Below, piece after piece: positions 57,361 to 64,000 of a stretch of 64,000 nucleotides of DNA. Where the stretch lies: positions 101,355-165,354 of the forward strand of contig DF236950.1 of the NCBI GenBank assembly GCA_000708835.1, given 5' to 3'. Below the pieces are notes generated by a model that was not told the DNA's origin, made no database searches, and saw only the letters and a list, made by a program, of their open reading frames with translations. The position numbers were made by a program, and so were the translations under genes. Every line of letters starts with the position of its first letter. Positions within the stretch are counted from its first letter, which is position 1. Source of the DNA: Klebsormidium nitens. Lineage: Eukaryota; Plantae; Klebsormidiophyceae.

Positions 57361-60300
57361 TCAACGGCTCTTGTCAAAGAGTTCTTCGTACAGTTTACCA
57401 GGAGTCAAAAGCGTCGTCCCACCAATGATAACCTCCGGTGCTTCCTGACCAGGAGGCGCTATGAGAGCCTCTCGAACGTCCTTGATCTGCAAACAGGGCG
57501 AGAGCAGAAATCATCCTAGTGCGGCATGTGACTAATCCTCGGGCTTCAATCGGCATCGAAGCACCAAGCTGGCACAGCAAGAATGCTGCTGATTGGAGGA
57601 GGGAAGATAAACGACTATGATCCGCACATGCATTTGAAGAAGAGGCGACCAGATACGTCACAAGACATCTTGTACGTGCTTTGTCAGAGACCGGAAGGTC
57701 CATCCGATGAGCACAATGACGACAAACCAGAATGCAACACAGGTCTTGAGTTCCAAAACATCAGCAAAGCGCCCGACGAAAGGAGAAACAGAAGGTTAGA
57801 CACTTCGGGTGGCGGAGACAGAAAGCGCACCTCTCCCAGCGTGAGCCCCCCCACAACGAACACGAGCACCACCTTACAGTCCCCCGGTTTCGGACCGCTC
57901 TGAAAGTTCTGGAACCCGAACCTCCCGAGCCCCGTCTGCAGCAGCTTCTTCACCACCGACGCGACGTGCTCCATCCCGGGGACCTCCTCCCGGGCACAGA
58001 TTCTGGCGACCAGCTGCTTCAAAAGCCCTGTGGTGGTCGCCCCGAGCGCCCCGGGACCCTGGTCCAGGTACCGGAACCCGTGCAGCCGTTCCCGCGCGGC
58101 CGCGACCAGGCGCAGTTTGCTGAACACCTCCTCAACCCGGTCCTTAACCTCGAGCCGTGACCGCACCTCGTCGTACGCTTCCTCGTCCGATGCCGGGCCA
58201 GGGGGATCATCCTCGTCGACGCCCCAGTCCGCATCCCAGCCGTCGTTCGTTTCCTCCCAGCCGCCCTCGCTTTCGTCTCCTTCGGTTTGCCTTCTTGACT
58301 CCCCCCCCTCGTCGGCGGGCTCTTTCAGCCCCCCCTCTTCCTGATTGGGCAACTCGCCTTCGCTCTCACGCCCCGATCCCCCGGCCTTTGTCTCTTCGTT
58401 TTCCTTCCGACGCTTCTCCCACATGGTTTCCAGGGACGCTTCTAGACCATTGATGAAGCCTAGGGGCATCGGCTGAGGCCCTGCCAGCACCGAGTCGACC
58501 ACTGCCTGCTGCAGCGCCAGCTCGTCCTCCCAGGGGAACGGGCTCTCAACAGGGCCTCCCGTGCTGCTGCGACGGTTTGAAGTTGAAAGGTCGCCCGCCA
58601 GCGAGTAGGCAACGACAGCCAGCGTCAGGATGTCCCTGCACAATCGCAAGATTTGTATTTATTCTGTATTATTTTCTGTATTTATTCCTGCAACTTTGAA
58701 ATCTGACATCCTGCTTTGGATTGTTGGACTTTTCTGACTTAACGGTTCGCCTCTTGCAGGTAGGAAGTGCTGAGACGTTGTGGACACAAGATTGTTTCAC
58801 CTGTTCCGCTCTGTCAAGGCATCCGCAGGTCGCGTAGCCCAGCTCGATTACATTGCTGACAACCACACAATTGCCGTTTCAAATGGACCAACAACGTATT
58901 ATATTAGAGCGAGTTTAAGAATATGATTTCTGTATCCATGGCCACCAAGCACGACTTCAGTATCTTCGGACTACAACCATTTTCCCCGGGCACAACTCGC
59001 AACATTGCCGCTCCTCACACAAACCTCGCCCCCTCACCTGAGGTTGATCACCGACGTCTCTCCCCCCTCCACCTCCATCTTGTTCTGCACCACCAGCTCC
59101 TTCAACTGCGCCACCAGACTGTTCATCTCCTCCGCCGCCGACAGCGCCATGATCTTCTCGGTGCTCGCGAGCGTTTCCCAGCGCGGCCCGTGCGGCGCGT
59201 CCAGTGCGTGCGCGCTCGCGCGCGCCAGTTGGATCAGCGCGCGGTGCTTGAGCGCGAGCCGGGGCTGAGCCTCGAGAGGAGAAAGAAGGGAGAGGATCTC
59301 GGACGGCCCGATCGCGCCCAGCTTCAAACGGGGAGCGGGGAGCTTTTCGGTGCGGACGGCTTCCTGCATGCGAGAAAGTATTTGGGGTGAAGACATGACG
59401 TCAACATTGTGGATGAGTCAAACTGAGGCCTCGGGAAATGACAAGCCTTGCGGCACGCTGTTGGCAGATCATGGGGAAGCTGAACAATCGAACGGCATAT
59501 CTTGGAGTTCAGAATGGTGACTACACGAAGGTCAGGGGGCTCGGGGACTTCGGACCGTCCCAATTAAGGGGTGGACTCCGTGACACACTAGTGCTAACAG
59601 TTGCTTGGAGCTAAGTCTTCCATAAAGGCACAGTTTTGTGTTTAAATCCTGTCGGCAAAGCACAATTCTTCGATGTTAAGGGTTAAGTGTGGGCAGCTTT
59701 TGTAGCTGGCCGTGGTTGGAAAAAGTGGCTGAATTTGCGATCAAAAGGCTTGAATTCGGCTTCACATCGAGGAATCATTCCATGAGACAGCATCTTACCT
59801 GGAAAAGCCCGAAGCATCAAGAAACCATTTGCGGAAAACTCATGCGCCGTCTGGGACCTCTTGACTGTATACTGGTGTCACCGAACTGAAACTCTGAAAG
59901 TGGAAGCACAAAGCCCCGTTTGACTCCCTCCGAACCGTGTCAGTGCTTGATAGTCGGTCCCTCACGAAGCGATTGGCAAACCTTAAAAAGAACCACAGAA
60001 CCACTTCTTAACCTTTTCAGCGTCGGCCAATGACCGGTCAATTGGAGCTCACCTGGAGAGCCCGCCGGAGCGCCATCAGCGCATCCTTGGAATTTCTTCT
60101 AGTCAGGAAGCTCTCCAACCGCTCTGTCGCTTGCGCGTCCGACGGTTGAAACAGCGCACCGCCAAGCCACGGCCCCCCGTTCCCCCCGAGCTTTTGCACA
60201 CCGTTCTGTGACGAGGTTAGAGTCCCACCGCCGGTCTCCCCTCCTCGGATGTTGCTCTCACTCTCCCTTCGTTGTGAGAACTTCGAACTTTCCGAAAAGT

Positions 60301-62552
60301 CGTCTTTCATCAGCAGAGCGGAAGGGAAGAGATGGCCTAGGGGGACCCGGAAGTCGAGCGGCTCCCGCCAAATGGGTGTGCTGGCAACCGTGGCAGGGAC
60401 GGCGGGTTGCGGGGGAGGACGACCAGAAGGCCGTTGGGGGAGAGCCGCGACGAGACGGTCCAGAAAGTTGTCGGCATGGGAAGCGGGCGTCAGCTGCGAG
60501 CGGTGCAAGAATGATTTGAAGCTTGTCTCCGTGGACACGTCCAAGCTTCAAGAACTTTCTAAAGGATAAAGACAAACATACGCGAACCTTTCTTCTTGCG
60601 CACGCTGTGCCCAAAAACGGCTGCCTCTGGAAGAAGCTATAGAGTTCCTATCTTAAGATTGCTTGCTAGGGCTCAGTGACCTGAAAACCGAGACGAGTCT
60701 ACTGACCAGATTCTCCGAACGGCCTCCTGAAGCCACGCAAGAACGCAACAAGCAATAAGCAATGAGCAATAATCAATAAGCAAAAAGCAATAAGCAAGAA
60801 CCATGCTCTCACCAAGTCAAGAGTCCTGTCCACCAGAACCACCCCCACGCCTGTCCGCGTTTCTACGGTCGGCAGCTCGGTCATCACTTTTGCGAATGCC
60901 CGCGATGTCGGTCCTAACGAGAAAAGCTCCGGCTTCAAGTCCAGCTGCGCCAGCATCTCCCCCAGCGCATGGGCCAATAGCGAAACGCCAGCTGGCAGCG
61001 CCTCGTCCCCTCCCAGCGGACCCCCTACCGACGGAAGCCCTCGACCCAGGCACTCCGCGACTGTTCCTTCTCCGTCCGGACTGTGTTCTAAACAAAGTGG
61101 CGCGTGCGTGACTGCCGCCGACGAAGGAAGGACGAAAGCCCCCGGGGCCAGAGAACAGAGTAACCCAGGGAAGAACCGCACCAAGATCTCAAGCTTTTTG
61201 CCACTTTCTTCCGCACCTCGTTCCTGCGCCCACTCATCACTTCCAGCATCCCACCTCTCCTCAGGCTCTTGGCTGCGCCGTGCCTCTCGAAGGACCCAGC
61301 TGAGCTCTCCAAAGCCTCCCCCCGTAGCATCTCGGCCGCTTGGCCCTGCTTCCGAGCCCTCACGCCGATCCTCATCGCTCCAGGCATCCCACCCGTCGCC
61401 ACTCTCATTAGAACCACCGCGATTGTCAGGAATCGATTCCCCGTTGGACCCTTCTCCCTGATTCTGCTCAGCGGTGTTGTGTCCTGACTTTTCGAGGTCC
61501 TCTTGCAGGAGTTGCGCGTACTGGGAGTAAGCGTCTAGGCTGAGCAGGCCCCCGGGGTAGTCAGCATGCGCAGCCTGGAATGACAGAAGTAACAGTTACT
61601 CAATCCACAGACCAGGCACATCCTGGACGAACACTCCTAAGGAGCAGTGACAGTCCGCTACAAACAGAGCGGAACAAATTTTGTCTCTCAGTCCGCCTCC
61701 ATCGACAGTTCTCAGGCATGGAGTCAAACGTGAACCTTTTCAGCCCCGCACTTTTCATGGCCTTTCAAGCACCACCACCTAGCTTGATCATCTGCTGAAT
61801 TAGAAAGTGAGCTGCAGAACATCATTGATCCCTCACCTCAGAAACTGCGCAGAAGATTGTGCACTTGCGAACGTCTTGGTGCGCTCGTATAGCCCTCAGG
61901 ATGTGGCGGTGCGAGTCATTCAGCAGCCGGCCTGTGAAGATTACAACACGTTCCAGCTTGGCAGAGCCACCACCAATGCTGGCAGCGACCTGTAAGAAAG
62001 AGGGGCACATGCCTTGACGGCGGAAGGTGGAAATGGAGTGGTGTCGGCTTGCAGAGAAGACAAATTCAGAGCTTTCCGGTGGCCCTGTGCAGGTGCCTTT
62101 CATCAAGCAAAAGGACAATGAACAATAACGAGATGCGCACAGACAGAGGGTTGTGGCAGCTCATTTTTTGGTGCCTAAAGCAATGGTTGGCGTCAGCAGA
62201 GGGCACGCCTTTCAACAAACACTTCCAGACACTCGGAGCGACAAACGGGAAGGAAGGCACTCGGTTTTGAGGTTAGAAGAGGAGCATAAAAGAGCTACAC
62301 AATCATCCCTCAAGTAAGCCAGCAGAGCAGCGGTTCCGGCCTCACCGCATCATTGACTGAAGCATCTTCCAAGGAACAGACAGCGGTGGCCCCAAGTCCA
62401 TACAGAAAGCTCAGACCTAAGTTGTAGTACGCCGCTTCCCCAAAAGGGGCGTCCAAGTAGATCAGAGCATCTGATATGTTATCAGCAACTTCCAAGAAGG
62501 GCTTGCGAGCCTCGTCAAGCAGGTTGATGCTGCGCGCAGAGGTGGCAGCCAT
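57361..62552 (-). CDS. MIP3: Sec1/Munc18-family protein MIP3 (SCFD2-like), 7 exons
   Basis: Exons 62552-62346, 61989-61837, 61574-60813, 60493-60053, 59363-59038, 58635-57831, 57486-57361. Motifs DALIYLDA..GLGATAVCSLE, GRLLNDSHRHILR, VLVDRTLDLLTP, VFVVGGLTLGE and C-terminal IIGGTTLLTP. Confidence 0.88.
60751..60799. repeat. 7-bp minisatellite (AGCAATA)n in a MIP3 intron
   Basis: agcaata agcaatg agcaata atcaata agcaaaa agcaata agcaaga. Confidence 0.85.
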
Positions 62553-63199
62553 CGCAATTGGGCAGCTCGTTAATCAAAGAAGGGCCAGTGTTGACAATCT
62601 ACCTGATGCACATTTTCCACAGAGCCAGGCGCCCCATGCTTCTGATCGAAGGGCAGGGGAGCTAGCGTTTGAGAAGAAAATATGAGAAGCGAATGCAAAG
62701 AAATGCAGCCAATGGATGCAAGCTATGAAGTGGCGCCCAAGGGGTTACTTGTACCGTGGTTTGGCTAACCCCGAATAAACAAAAAAAGCACGCAGTCGGG
62801 TACTGGCGAAACCCCAGCTGTAACCCAGATTGGAGTTCAGGGTTTCAGGTGGCCATAATGCAGCGCTCGGCTAAAGCAGATCAGCACGCAGGCGAAAGCA
62901 ATGCATGTGTGGCATTTCCTCTGATCTGCTGGCGAGCCAACTTGCGTAAGCTCACTGTGCTCTTCAGGATAATCCGTTCTCCATACAGCCATTTCTCGGC
63001 CTGTGGCCTTCTGTCAGCTGTCGCATTACGAGTACTTCAAGGGGTCAGAGGAGCGCGCAAGATGCTGAAAGAGCGGTGCCCTCAAAATGAGTGCCCCTGC
63101 ATCATGAAGGAGGAATGACGGTGGCGAAGTGCCCAAAACTCAGGGCTTGTTGGGTGTCCCTCTGACCACCGCCAGTCCTCCTGAAGAATTTGGGAGGCG

Positions 63200-63773
63200 A
63201 TGGCAGGTATGTAGAACCTTCGGGAGCAAGGTCCTCAGAAAGTACTGAAAAAGGAGTCAACAATGATCTTTCTACGATGCAAATGCCAGGAATGTGTCAG
63301 GAAGTGAGAAGATGTTTGATTGGTGATGCGTGAAGTCAAAATTAGTACTATTAGAAATTTCGGCTGGTGGTTTCTCATGTGCGGGGGTGAGGACTTCTTC
63401 ACCCCGTATTCAGACAACTTCTGTTCCCTGAAGTTGGAAAACTGATTTGCTTTTTAAGAAGCACGAAGAATGTGTCACGATGAAGGTGTCACATCCTCTC
63501 CAGTACCTGTCAAATGGTGTCCGCGTGCAAGATCTATCTGCTAATCCTCAAATGTCCTGACATCCTTCCTTGCAATTGATGTTCCATCTGTGGTGGTACC
63601 ATCAAATGTGGCAGTGTCAAGTCCCAAGGCGTAAACATATGCGGAAGAGAAAGATCTGTAAGTTTTTTGCACTGTTGTCAAATATCATCTTTTGGCCTCA
63701 CAGACGATGTACTCTCACGCGTCAGTCAGCTTGAGAAGGAGCTCGATATCTCAAAGAAAGAACTGGAGAAAAG
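63200..63773 (+). CDS. Probable 5-prime part of a gene running out of the window
   Basis: ATGGCAG|GTATG at 63200-63206 joins in phase to CAG|ACGAT...AAAAG|GTAAG at 63704-63773, giving MADDVLSRVSQLEKELDISKKELEK (coiled-coil-like). No family recognised. Confidence 0.45.
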
Positions 63774-64000
63774 GTAAGTTCCTGATTGCGATTGCAAACA
63801 AATTCTTCCTACTTTTCTGGATGTCCAATACTTGCTCGCAAAGATAGCTCCAGCACAGATACTGTGACTTTGTTGTCTTGACTAACCAAGGGTACTGAAT
63901 GTCAACACATTACTTCATCGGGGCGTAAATGATCGAAGCAGATATGGCTGCGTTCATCAAACTACCACTCTTCCAAAGAGGCATGTTTAAGACTTCGTGA

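Noticed and set aside
14481-58453. Many 100-270 aa antisense or off-frame ORFs (e.g. 14481-15167, 25032-25853, 45199-45609, 58030-58344)
   Set aside because: They are shadows of GC-rich exons on the other strand or frame and have no independent motifs.
39916-62552. A membrane-trafficking gene cluster (Rab3GAP subunit, MIP3, START, TPC)
   Set aside because: The functions are only loosely related, the genes are interspersed with unrelated ones, and the category is large enough to co-occur by chance.
1-64000. tRNA, rRNA, snoRNA or LTR retroelements
   Set aside because: I saw no cloverleaf, rRNA-like tract, convincing C/D box pair or long direct terminal repeat by eye. tRNAscan-SE, Infernal and LTRharvest were not run, so small RNAs could have been missed.

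Overview
This is eukaryotic nuclear DNA with GC-rich exons and mostly 0.1-1.1 kb spliceosomal introns. The gene set and intron style point to a streptophyte green alga, probably Klebsormidium-like (inference, no database search). I rebuilt 11 complete multi-exon genes and one tentative partial gene from splice signals and recognisable protein motifs. In order: DUF455 ferritin-like (-), orphan coiled-coil protein (+), F-box/PP2 (-), START lipid-transfer protein (+), two-pore channel (-), Ycf20/DUF565 (+), Rab3GAP non-catalytic subunit (-), AIG1/IAN GTPase (+), TOP6A/SPO11-3 (-), peroxisomal enoyl-CoA isomerase (+), Sec1-family MIP3 (-), partial gene (+). There are two clean MITEs (Tourist-like with TAA target duplication; Tc1/mariner-like with TA), a GGTACC-rich unexplained block, several short tandem repeats and an 887-N gap. 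Main observations: (1) the two-pore channel has both selectivity filters rewritten and lacks one gating arginine; (2) the 12 genes alternate strand perfectly, forming six head-to-head pairs; (3) every tail-to-tail spacer carries a similar palindrome-rich non-coding signature, and both MITEs sit in such spacers; (4) three GC-AG introns. I found no rRNA, tRNA, CRISPR array or autonomous transposon. Comparisons with Arabidopsis and human proteins are from memory and should be re-aligned.
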